Positions 55,892 through 64,000 of a stretch of DNA of 64,000 nt are shown here, piece after piece. The stretch covers positions 1-64,000 of IMG/VR virus record IMGVR_UViG_3300042502_001233, one strand, 5' to 3'. Every line of letters begins with the position of its first letter. The first letter of the stretch is position 1. The position numbers and the translations under genes are program-made. Under the pieces are notes generated by a model, which was given only the letters and a program-made list of their open reading frames with translations, had not been told where the DNA came from and made no database searches.

Positions 55892-56669
55892 TGTATTTTG
55901 GTCTATTTAAATTGCCTTCATATATAACACCGTTTATTTCCCTTGTTGTTCCCCACATTGGTCTAAGATTCGATAAAGCGTTTACCACACTGGCTGGAGT
56001 TTCTGGTGGAAAACTAATAATTTGTTTTATATGGTCTATGTGCCATTCTCCATAATTATCCCATGTCATTCCGTCAGTAAATAAGTTTGTGATATGTTCT
56101 TTAAATTCTAAAGCTGAATAGCCTAACATATCTATGGTCTTACCAGTTTTTTTGTTATGTAAATCACGTAGCGAATTTTTTAATATTCGCCTCCAAGCTA
56201 TTACGTGTGGGTTTTTTTGATTATATAATTTAGCGTTTTCTTTTATTTTTTCTTTATTATTTTTTCTATATTCTTTACCGTAAGCTGATTTTTTTTCACG
56301 ATTATCTATTAAATATTGTTTGTCATACGCTTTTTTCTTTTCTTTATTTAACGCAACGTATTCTTTATTTTTTTGTTTAACATATTCAATATTTTCTTTA
56401 CGATATTCTTTTTGATAATTATTTCGTTTATCTTTATTTTCCAAACGGTGGTTAATAAAATACTCATTTAACTTTTCTTTATTCTTTTCCCTATACTTTG
56501 CATCGAGTAACTTCTTTTTTTGTAAAGAAACATCACTATGGATTTTCACATCAGGATATAACTCCCTTAACTGTTTAACCGTTAAATTGTGTGATTTTAA
56601 ATGTTTGGTCGATAATGAAGATAAATCTTTTCCACATACTGGACAAGTTACAAATGAAGATGGTTCCAT
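55878..56669 (-). CDS. HNH homing endonuclease
   Basis: CPVC..HL..H, K/E repeats, WHIDHI...NLRPMW..N. Confidence 0.85.
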   Translation of the reverse strand: MEPSSFVTCPVCGKDLSSLSTKHLKSHNLTVKQLRELYPDVKIHSDVSLQKKKLLDAKYREKNKEKLNEYFINHRLENKDKRNNYQKEYRKENIEYVKQKNKEYVALNKEKKKAYDKQYLIDNREKKSAYGKEYRKNNKEKIKENAKLYNQKNPHVIAWRRILKNSLRDLHNKKTGKTIDMLGYSALEFKEHITNLFTDGMTWDNYGEWHIDHIKQIISFPPETPASVVNALSNLRPMWGTTREINGVIYEGNLNRPKYNENK

Positions 56670-56731
56670 AATATTCTTTTATAATAAATATCACAAATAA
56701 TTAAAAAAACCACAAATGGCAAAGAATTCCA

Positions 56732-56926
56732 TTCGTTCTTAAAGATTTCTTTTGCGTTTTTACCCGTTAGTCAGATGCTAACAAATCCTAACCTATCTTC
56801 GGTTATTATTCAGTCGATGTTATTGTTCTTCGCTGTTTTAATGTAAATGTCGCGCATTTCACAAACCAACAGCTTCGCATCGGTTCCACCTTCTGCGTCT
56901 CGGATTTCTAAATTAATTTTTCCCAT
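56732..56926 (-). pseudogene. orphaned original 5' part of release factor gene (two in-frame TGA)
   Basis: MGKINLEIRDAEGGTDAK...ID*II...FVSI*LTGKNAKEIFKNE. Confidence 0.85.
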
Positions 56927-56962
56927 TGGTTTTGTTTTTTGTTGTTTGTTATTAGTTTTAAT

Positions 56963-56989
56963 AAAAAACCCCATATTGCTATGGGGTTT
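56963..56989 (-). terminator. intrinsic terminator
   Basis: CCCCAT-AGCAAT-ATGGGG-TTTTTT. Confidence 0.75.
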
Positions 56990-56998
56990 AGTATTTTA

Positions 56999-57053
56999 CA
57001 GAATAGTTTTTGTTTTTTTTTCCTTAAAAATTTCAATTGCTGAATCTATTCTT
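56999..57053 (-). ncRNA. TTCAGCAA-stem RNA, copy 2
   Basis: AGAATAG-ATTCAGCAA...CTATTCTG. Confidence 0.45.
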
Positions 57054-57057
57054 CTAG

Positions 57058-57145
57058 TTGCGGAAGTAGGACTCGAACCTACAACACAGTGTTACTGCTC
57101 CTCTAGGTTATGAGCCTAGCATGTTTCCATTTCCACCATTCCGCG
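57058..57145 (-). tRNA. tRNA-Met(CAT), initiator-like C1:A72, long variable arm
   Basis: CTAGG-CTCATAA-CCTAG + 20-nt variable arm. Confidence 0.8.
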
Positions 57146-57152
57146 ATGTATT

Positions 57153-57812
57153 TTATTTTCTACCCTTAACCCAACCTTCGTTCAGATAAGTTTCAAGGTT
57201 TTCTTTTTTTATCTTTTTGTTAGCACCGTCTCTGGTTATCCAACACGTACCGTATTGACTATTTGTTTCACCAATACCAGTACCTTTTCTTTTTTCAGAG
57301 ATTAAACGTTTAGATTCTTCAGCATGATTTTTACCAGTCCAATCTAGATTTTTTAATTTATTCTGTCTGTATTCTTCATTTTCCCAAGCTATTTTATTAA
57401 CATGAGAATTGAATCTACTTAACCAGTTTTCATCACCACCGAACTTTTCTTTTAAAACTTCGTCAGTTTTTTTTCTACCAGCTTTAACACATTTAAACAT
57501 ATGTTCTTCATTGATAAAACCACCACCTTCACCACCAAGAGCCAAATTCATACATTTGGAATCTGAAATTAATTCTTTATTAACAATTTCTTTTTCTCTT
57601 TTAGCTAATTCTTCTCTATTTTCTAAAAATTCTAGAATCTCTTTTGTGTGATTTTCTTTACCGTATTTTCTAATAGAACGTCTTAATGTTTTACCACTAC
57701 CTATATAACCATCTTCTAAGTTATACGTGCTATGCATTCCGATGTACCATCGTCCTGTTATATTACACGTTGTTTTATAAATGTAGTGTATGTTTTTTTC
57801 TTTTCTTGCCAT
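57153..57812 (-). CDS. GIY-YIG (Seg-like) homing endonuclease
   Basis: paralog of 36217..36849. Confidence 0.88.
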   Translation of the reverse strand: MARKEKNIHYIYKTTCNITGRWYIGMHSTYNLEDGYIGSGKTLRRSIRKYGKENHTKEILEFLENREELAKREKEIVNKELISDSKCMNLALGGEGGGFINEEHMFKCVKAGRKKTDEVLKEKFGGDENWLSRFNSHVNKIAWENEEYRQNKLKNLDWTGKNHAEESKRLISEKRKGTGIGETNSQYGTCWITRDGANKKIKKENLETYLNEGWVKGRK

Positions 57813-57870
57813 TTCAATTTCTTTAATAATAAATATCTCAGAAAACTGAAAAGTACAAAAAAGTCTCCAG

Positions 57871-57943
57871 TTGCGGGGGCACGACTCGAACGTGCGACCT
57901 CAAGGTTATGAGCCTTGCGAGCTACCTACTGCTCTACCCCGCG
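57871..57943 (-). tRNA. tRNA-fMet(CAT)
   Basis: CGCGGGG start, C1:A72. Confidence 0.92.
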
Positions 57944-57950
57944 ATGTTAG

Positions 57951-58030
57951 TGCGGTAGGCTGGAGTGACCCAGCTATCTTAGTGAATGCTGTGAAGCAAT
58001 CGTTCAGATAAAAACTTAATTTCTACCGCG
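57951..58030 (-). ncRNA. tRNA-like RNA, possible TCA loop
   Basis: GCGGTAG/CTACCGC stem, GCTGG-GTCACT-CCAGC arm, central CTTCACA. Confidence 0.35.
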
Positions 58031-58036
58031 TGTGGC

Positions 58037-58105
58037 CAGAATCTCTGTTTTGCTTGTTTTTTCTCAAATGTAAAATTGCTTTTTTATTTGCTGAAAAGAT
58101 TCTTT
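58037..58105 (-). ncRNA. TTCAGCAA-stem RNA, copy 3
   Basis: AGAATCT-TTTCAGCAAAT...AGAGATTCTG. Confidence 0.45.
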
Positions 58106-58122
58106 AACCATATAATGTATCT

Positions 58123-58323
58123 CAAGATGATAGTTCGCCTTGTTTTACGTTACTAACGTGCTCACGGCAGTGGATTTAAAGTGCCCTCACAACACTTCCA
58201 GTTTTATTCACTTTCGTGTGACTTTAAGAACTCATGATATTTCAATGTGGTTATTAAAATCTATGGGAGACCAGTTACTCCCTCTCTTAAATTTGTAGTT
58301 TTCTGTTTGCAGAAATCATCTTT
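58123..58323 (-). ncRNA. TTC(T)GCAA-stem RNA, copy 4 (multi-hairpin)
   Basis: AAGATGAT-TTCTGCAAAC...ATCATCTTG enclosing 4 hairpins. Confidence 0.5.
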
Positions 58324-58436
58324 CTAGATATAATGTCTATGAACGTATTGTAATAAATATATGCAAAGATACTAATATTTCACTCTCATGTCAAGTTTTT
58401 TTTTAACTTTTTTAAATTTTTTTTATAAACCCTTGA

Positions 58437-58646
58437 TTATGAGGGTAATTTGTCACCAAATTGTTCTACAATTAGATACGTACCTTGTTTATTATCTGTA
58501 GAATGTACCACGTTAAGAACTCTATAATAAACATTTATATGCCAAACGTATTCATCGCGTCTTGGTATTGATGATAATTTTATGTTGGATTTTATAATAT
58601 TCCATTTACTATCTAACAGACTTACTGTATATTTTTTACTAAACAT
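58437..58646 (-). CDS. hypothetical protein
   Basis: 69-aa ORF. Confidence 0.6.
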   Translation of the reverse strand: MFSKKYTVSLLDSKWNIIKSNIKLSSIPRRDEYVWHINVYYRVLNVVHSTDNKQGTYLIVEQFGDKLPS

Positions 58647-58772
58647 ATTAATAATTTATTTTTATTGATATTTATATTTGTTATAACACTTTAAATAATT
58701 CTACAAAATCATGAAAAACAAAGGATGCGGTTGCAAACCACCTAAAAGATAATCAAATTATCTTAAAAAATT

Positions 58773-58807
58773 AAACCCCACGTAAAGCGATTTACAGTGG
58801 GGTTTTT
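58773..58807. terminator. bidirectional intrinsic terminator
   Basis: AAACCCCAC...GTGGGGTTT between a convergent small ORF and tmRNA. Confidence 0.7.
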
Positions 58808-58849
58808 ATTTCTCACTCATTGGTTTATTTTGAGCAGAATCATTACTGA

Positions 58850-59227
58850 TGGTGGAGTTATGGGGAATCGAACCCCAGTGTTGCATATTCTTCAAAAGCT
58901 TTCTACATGTTTATCTAGTTTCTAATTCTAGCAAAGTTGTGCTGCGTTATTTATCCCGATGGAAGTGCAGCGACCATCGTTCCTTTTTTTACAACTAGGA
59001 AGTTGGTTCTTGGTGATTTATCACCATCAAGTGGAATTACCACTATTAGCTATAATTAGGCTACAGCTACCTCTCCTGCGAAACTGAATGCAGCTTCGTT
59101 AAGGAAATTTTCAGAAACGATGAAATCGTTGTCAATTCAATTTTTTAATAGACAGATTAAAGTGCTTCCAATCTAGCACTACATGCTTACGATTTACGAC
59201 TATATCCAGTCAATACCGTTTAACCCC
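58850..59227 (-). ncRNA. ssrA: tmRNA
   Basis: GGGGTTA/TAACTCC-A-CCA acceptor with G3:U70, T arm, tag ORF DNDFIVSENFLNEAAFSFAGEVAVA*. Confidence 0.9.
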
Positions 59228-59325
59228 AATAATTTAAAGAACTTATGTATATAAATATACGTATTTTTTATTTTTTACAAATATACTACATATTTTATCA
59301 AAATGCAAGTTTATTTTAAAATATT

Positions 59326-59637
59326 TTATTTTTCTTTTTCTTGAAACGAAGATGGTAATATGTACTTGTTAAGTTTTAAATACTTGGTAAGTATAAAGAA
59401 TATCGTACCACCAGGCAACAATGCAATACCAACCAACCCCGTAGTCTTCAACACATCTTTCAGTTGCTCACCAACCTTGTTCTTTTCCTCTTGAGTCAAT
59501 TTTTTACCTTCTTTGACCGAGTCAACAATCAACATGAAAGCCTCTTTGGTTTCGAGGCTTTCTTGTTCAGTGTTTTTTATAAAGTCTTTGGCGTTAACCT
59601 TAAGTTCTTTATAATATTTTTGAATGGTTGAAAACAT
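59326..59637 (-). CDS. hypothetical protein
   Basis: 103-aa ORF, ALLPGG. Confidence 0.65.
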   Translation of the reverse strand: MFSTIQKYYKELKVNAKDFIKNTEQESLETKEAFMLIVDSVKEGKKLTQEEKNKVGEQLKDVLKTTGLVGIALLPGGTIFFILTKYLKLNKYILPSSFQEKEK

Positions 59638-60356
59638 TATTTCTTTCTGTTTATGATTATATCATCAACAATACCGTAAGCTTTAGCTTCTTCTGCATTT
59701 AACCATAAATCTCTGTCAGCATCTATTTTAACTTGTGCTGGGTCTTTGTCAGTATATTGACCTAACAAACCAAACAAAAGTTCGTTGTATTTCCTAGCTT
59801 CTGCCAATGAGATTTCAATGTCTTGAATAGTACCTTGTGCACCACTTGATACTTGGTGTAACATTACTCGACTGAAATTCAATGTAAATCTCTTGCCTTT
59901 GGTTCCAGCACCCAAAAGGATACTACCCATACTAGCAGCCATACCAGTGTTGATTGTGATGATATCGGACTTAACGTAGTTCATAATGTCTACGATTGAC
60001 AAACCTGATTTAACGGAACCACCTGGACTGTCTACGTGCAAGGTGATGTCTTTCAATTCTAAATTGTCCAAGAACAATAACTGTGCTTGTACTACAGTGC
60101 TCATTCTATCGTTAACTGGACCAGCCAACCAAATGATTCTATCCATCATCATTCTGGAAAAGATATCCATTTGAGTTACCCTCAATTCTCTTTCTTCAAG
60201 GATATATGGTGTCAAAGATGCTGACGGACCAGTTGTAATCAAAGGAGCTTGCGCACCATAGATTTTTTCTTGAAGTTGTTCCCAATTGTGGAAATCTATC
60301 CCAGATATCCCCATATGCTTAATAGCATAGTCTTTAAATTCTTGCGTGTAATTCAT
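59637..60356 (-). CDS. clpP: ATP-dependent Clp protease proteolytic subunit
   Basis: DIFSR..DRII, SPGGSV, GMAASMG, MLHQ, DRD. Confidence 0.95.
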   Translation of the reverse strand: MNYTQEFKDYAIKHMGISGIDFHNWEQLQEKIYGAQAPLITTGPSASLTPYILEERELRVTQMDIFSRMMMDRIIWLAGPVNDRMSTVVQAQLLFLDNLELKDITLHVDSPGGSVKSGLSIVDIMNYVKSDIITINTGMAASMGSILLGAGTKGKRFTLNFSRVMLHQVSSGAQGTIQDIEISLAEARKYNELLFGLLGQYTDKDPAQVKIDADRDLWLNAEEAKAYGIVDDIIINRKK

Positions 60357-60373
60357 ATTTTTGTTTTGTTATT

Positions 60374-60796
60374 TTATTCTGTTTCTTCTATAAACAAATG
60401 CAACGGTGTGTAATCTCCAACAAATGCTCCAGCCACATTATAACCGAAATACTCCAAAGCCATCATATAAGCAGCGTCATCTCGTGTCATACCATCTTCA
60501 ACATCGTCGTCAGATACTTCCATGTCGTTCATTAATATTTTAATCGCTTTTTCAACATCGTAAGCTACTAGACCTTCAAAACTTGGTCTATCCCAATTAT
60601 CTATTGAGTCAAATTCATCATATTCTTCAAAACCCTCATAAAAGTTTGGGTCTAATTTAATATTTACAATACCGTTAGAATTATAGATAACTAGGGGACC
60701 AAAATCTTCTTTTTTGGCCAAACCTATGATTGCCTCATCTAAACCATCCCACACAATAGCGTTTGGACTTAATAAAGCTATTTCATCCCTAGTCAT
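60374..60796 (-). CDS. conserved phage protein
   Basis: DGLDEAIIG, EYFGYNV.GA.VG..TP. Confidence 0.7.
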   Translation of the reverse strand: MTRDEIALLSPNAIVWDGLDEAIIGLAKKEDFGPLVIYNSNGIVNIKLDPNFYEGFEEYDEFDSIDNWDRPSFEGLVAYDVEKAIKILMNDMEVSDDDVEDGMTRDDAAYMMALEYFGYNVAGAFVGDYTPLHLFIEETE

Positions 60797-61230
60797 TATT
60801 TTATTATAGCTTCTGTTTCATCTTCTTGTTGCTTCTCAGCTTGTTGAAGAGTTATGATTGACTCTCTCATCACATTCCATTTATCGAAACCGTATTTAGC
60901 CAAGACACCACTGTATGTGATTACATCTGGGTTAGTCATTTCTAATTTGTCTTTTTCGGTGTTGTAATGGATACCAGCCAAGGATTCTTCCATTACGATT
61001 TGAATTTGGTCTGGTTGTAATTGGTCCAAAATAGTTTGGTTGATGATAATGTTTACATCATCACCCGTTTTGAACTTTTCAAGTTCTGTACATTTTTTAA
61101 CAACAAAGATTTTCTTTTGTTTGTTGTCAGATAAGATTGTGATGTTTAAGTAGTTTGATAACCCAGCTCTATCGATTAATTGGTTATACAAATCTAGTGT
61201 GTCGTCATACGGAGCTTCGTATTTTGCCAT
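60796..61230 (-). CDS. hypothetical protein
   Basis: 144-aa ORF. Confidence 0.7.
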   Translation of the reverse strand: MAKYEAPYDDTLDLYNQLIDRAGLSNYLNITILSDNKQKKIFVVKKCTELEKFKTGDDVNIIINQTILDQLQPDQIQIVMEESLAGIHYNTEKDKLEMTNPDVITYSGVLAKYGFDKWNVMRESIITLQQAEKQQEDETEAIIK

Positions 61231-61280
61231 TCGTTTAATGTTTTTATTTTTGTTATGTTATTTTTACAAATATACTAATA

Positions 61281-62300
61281 TTATCCTTTATTTGCAAGTT
61301 TTTCTTTAAGATTTATCACAGCTTCTTTAGCTTCATCATCCAAAACTTTAGGTATTTCAATACCTAACGTAACTATAAGGTCACCTCTACCATCTTTACC
61401 GTATACACTAACACCTTTAAACGGAACTCTAAGGTTAGTACCAACGTCGCTATACTCTGGAACACTCATTCTTATTTTGTTACCTTCAATTGTGTCTATT
61501 TCTACTTTGTCACCCAAAACCAATTGTGGATAAGATAGTTTAAGATTCATCTTTAAATCAGGACCTATTCTAGTAAAGACTTTATGTGGTAACTCAATAA
61601 TTTTTATGTGTAAATCACCATTGTTTCCTGATTTAACACCTTGACCTTTACCCTCCATTACAAATGTCATCCCATTTTGAATACCAGCTGGAACTGTAAC
61701 TTGTACAGTTTCTTTTATGTTTGTTAACCCACTACCACTACATGTGTTACAAGGAGTTCTATGTTTGGTCCCAGTAGCGTCACATGAAGGGCAAGGTTGT
61801 GTTGTTTGAAAAACACCCATTGGAGTTCTGGTAAGACTTGTTACCATACCGCTACCATTACAAGATGGACAATCATATGGGTCAGTACCACCGTGACCTT
61901 CGCAGTCTGTACAACTAACATTTCTGTTGTAGTTATAGGTTTTATTCACCCCAGAGAATATTTCTTCAAGGGTTAATTTAACAGTTAAGCTAAGAGTTTC
62001 ACCAACCCTAACTTGTTTATGACCTTGGTTGAAATGACGACCAAAGATATCATGAAAACCTCTAAACATATCATCTGGGTTGCCTCTGTTATCTGAATTG
62101 TGTCCAAATCTGTCATATTTTGCTTTTTTATCATCATCGGACAAAACTTCATAAGCTTCAGACACTTCTTTGAACTTATCTTCATCACCACCCTTATCTG
62201 GGTGTAACTCTTTGGCTAGCTTTCTATAAGCTTTCTTGATTTCATCTTGTGAAGCGCCTTTGGCTAACCCTAAAACCTCATAATAATCTCTTTTACTCAT
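61281..62300 (-). CDS. dnaJ: DnaJ chaperone
   Basis: J domain HPD, four CxxCxGxG repeats. Confidence 0.95.
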   Translation of the reverse strand: MSKRDYYEVLGLAKGASQDEIKKAYRKLAKELHPDKGGDEDKFKEVSEAYEVLSDDDKKAKYDRFGHNSDNRGNPDDMFRGFHDIFGRHFNQGHKQVRVGETLSLTVKLTLEEIFSGVNKTYNYNRNVSCTDCEGHGGTDPYDCPSCNGSGMVTSLTRTPMGVFQTTQPCPSCDATGTKHRTPCNTCSGSGLTNIKETVQVTVPAGIQNGMTFVMEGKGQGVKSGNNGDLHIKIIELPHKVFTRIGPDLKMNLKLSYPQLVLGDKVEIDTIEGNKIRMSVPEYSDVGTNLRVPFKGVSVYGKDGRGDLIVTLGIEIPKVLDDEAKEAVINLKEKLANKG

Positions 62301-62358
62301 GTGTAATCTTTATTTTTATGCAAATATACTTAAATTTATAATATAAAACAAATAATTT

Positions 62359-63012
62359 ATGAAATACCGCGTAATTTTAACATCCAATGGTGAATACAAG
62401 AAAACTCTACATATAAGTAAGACCAGAGAAACAGCCTTTAAGAACTTTCACAAGATAAAAGATGAAAACAAAGTGTATTTTCCTAAAAAATTCATAAATA
62501 GCCATGGTATTAGACCAGTTAAATATGAAATATGTATCACTAAACCAACTGAAGAAGGTGATGTGTTTAGAACGCGTAGAGATGACTATGGAAAATTGTA
62601 TACTGAACCACCATTGGGTGATTGGACTATTCTACATTCTGATAATTTTGAAATAGAAGAAACATTTTACATATATGGTTACGAAGAAAAAGAAAGACCT
62701 ACTATTACTGAAATAGTTAAACGTCTTATGGTTAACGCTCACTCGAAAAAGATTGTGAAACAAGTTATCGTGGTTTATAATAAGTTAATCATATACAATG
62801 AAGAACAATTTGATTTGGTTTTGTGTAAAAACCTAGAAGAAGCTCAAAGATTGCACCATACACTAGCCAAAATAGTAAAAAAGCAAAAGATTAAAAGTTT
62901 ATTGTTTATGGGCACCGCTTCAAAAGCGAATATAGGGCGTTTATACGATTTAATTCACGATGAAACAGGTTGGTCGTACAGAAAGATAAGAAGAACCAGT
63001 ACAAAACCTTAA
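62359..63012 (+). CDS. hypothetical protein
   Basis: 217-aa ORF. Confidence 0.75.
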   Translation: MKYRVILTSNGEYKKTLHISKTRETAFKNFHKIKDENKVYFPKKFINSHGIRPVKYEICITKPTEEGDVFRTRRDDYGKLYTEPPLGDWTILHSDNFEIEETFYIYGYEEKERPTITEIVKRLMVNAHSKKIVKQVIVVYNKLIIYNEEQFDLVLCKNLEEAQRLHHTLAKIVKKQKIKSLLFMGTASKANIGRLYDLIHDETGWSYRKIRRTSTKP

Positions 63013-63638
63013 AAAAGTAAAATACAACTAGTTGGTCTAATGGTTAGTTTTATATCCATCAATTCATCTGATGAGTAATCTAACTCACCAAAATCTATTC
63101 GACTAACAAAACCTCTGATAACCCATTCTTCAACCAAGTCACCAACTGGACCCAATAATTGTATTCTATATTCAAATTCTCTATTGGTGTAAGAACTACC
63201 AACTCTCAAAAATAGTTCGTGCATTCTTTCAGCCATTGATGGTCCGATTGGGTCTCTAAAAATTATTTCGATATCTTCCCATTCCACTCTACCATTATTA
63301 AACGTAACACTAGGCCTAACAGTTGTTTTTACAACTTGATGAGGAATTTCAAATTCGTCTGGGAATAACAACATAAATCTATTAGGTCTTTTAGGTTCAT
63401 AAAAACTAGCTAGGTTAGGTTTGCTCCAAAATTTATCTAGGTTTTCTAAATCATCAATTTTGTTTGAAATCCATTGTTTAACTACTTGTTCAGAAATAGA
63501 TAATTCTACAGAAAAAATAAGTGTAATCTCTTCTGCAATATGTCTACCATAATCTTTACCACCAAAATGAGTGTGAACTATGTTTGAATCACCCAACACA
63601 TAGTTCATATCCATATAATCAAACAATCTTTTTTCCAT
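63009..63638 (-). CDS. N-terminal domain fused to tail-tube (gp19)-like domain
   Basis: YEPKRPNRF...WEDI.I.FRDPI...EEW.I.G...DFGELDYS. Confidence 0.65.
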   Translation of the reverse strand: MEKRLFDYMDMNYVLGDSNIVHTHFGGKDYGRHIAEEITLIFSVELSISEQVVKQWISNKIDDLENLDKFWSKPNLASFYEPKRPNRFMLLFPDEFEIPHQVVKTTVRPSVTFNNGRVEWEDIEIIFRDPIGPSMAERMHELFLRVGSSYTNREFEYRIQLLGPVGDLVEEWVIRGFVSRIDFGELDYSSDELMDIKLTIRPTSCILLF

Positions 63639-63826
63639 TATTTAAACAAACCTTCAAGTTTTCCAACTAGTACCGAAATCCTAGCATCATTTTTTCTTAT
63701 TTGTTCTTCTAAGTGTGGTGGTATGTTACCAGCAAATTCAGATTTTATTTTAGAGTTTTGTCTTTGAAGCGCATCGCTTTCTCTAAGACATTCTTCATAT
63801 ATCGCAGCTTTTTGGTCGTTATTCAT
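63638..63826 (-). CDS. hypothetical protein
   Basis: MNNDQKAAIYEE... ORF. Confidence 0.6.
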   Translation of the reverse strand: MNNDQKAAIYEECLRESDALQRQNSKIKSEFAGNIPPHLEEQIRKNDARISVLVGKLEGLFK

Positions 63827-64000
63827 TTTTATCACATTTACAGTTACCACCGCATTCGCATGGTTTATTTTCAGTTTCTTCGTCTTCAACATCGATATCA
63901 GTATCTATTGAAAATTGTTCTTTTATATCTTCAACCATTTGGTTAATTTTTGCCATATCAGCCTCAGCTATGATTGATGGGTTGATACATTCTACTCTTT

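Noticed and set aside
1-64000. Genome-wide stop-codon reassignment (TAG or TGA) suggested by the suppressor tRNA and RF
   Set aside because: Long genes are intact in code 11 and several end in TAG (6961, 15551, 44474) or TGA (25802, 39608, 40798); in-frame stops are confined to translation-related genes.

Overview
AT-rich segment of a large, probably T4-related (jumbo) bacteriophage. Recurrent TAnnTTTG promoters point to a Bacteroidetes host. Most genes are on the minus strand and use the standard genetic code. The window is a translation/tRNA-maintenance district: about 35 tRNA or tRNA-like genes in clusters, tmRNA, ClpP, DnaJ, CCA-adding enzyme, two RNA ligases (one split by a trans-splicing intein), a kinase/2H-phosphodiesterase, two Pth2-like proteins, a domain-1-less class I release factor, PARP/ART enzymes, DNA ligase and about 16 homing endonucleases. 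Main discovery: three tRNA operons each sit behind a promoter, a leader peptide, an antiterminator and an intrinsic terminator. Each leader's control codons match the amino acids of the tRNAs in its own operon (F/D/A/E; L/V/C; I/N/H/M/S/W/R), suggesting ribosome-mediated attenuation that induces phage tRNAs when the matching host tRNAs run low. Stop codons seem to be used the same way: the release factor gene has a conserved in-frame UGA, and a Pth2-like gene and an RAPP minigene carry UAG at codon 3 just downstream of an amber suppressor tRNA. Several homing-endonuclease elements have inserted into conserved gene sites while carrying a replacement copy of the disrupted part, two of them with large cargo. 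All calls are by eye, without database searches.
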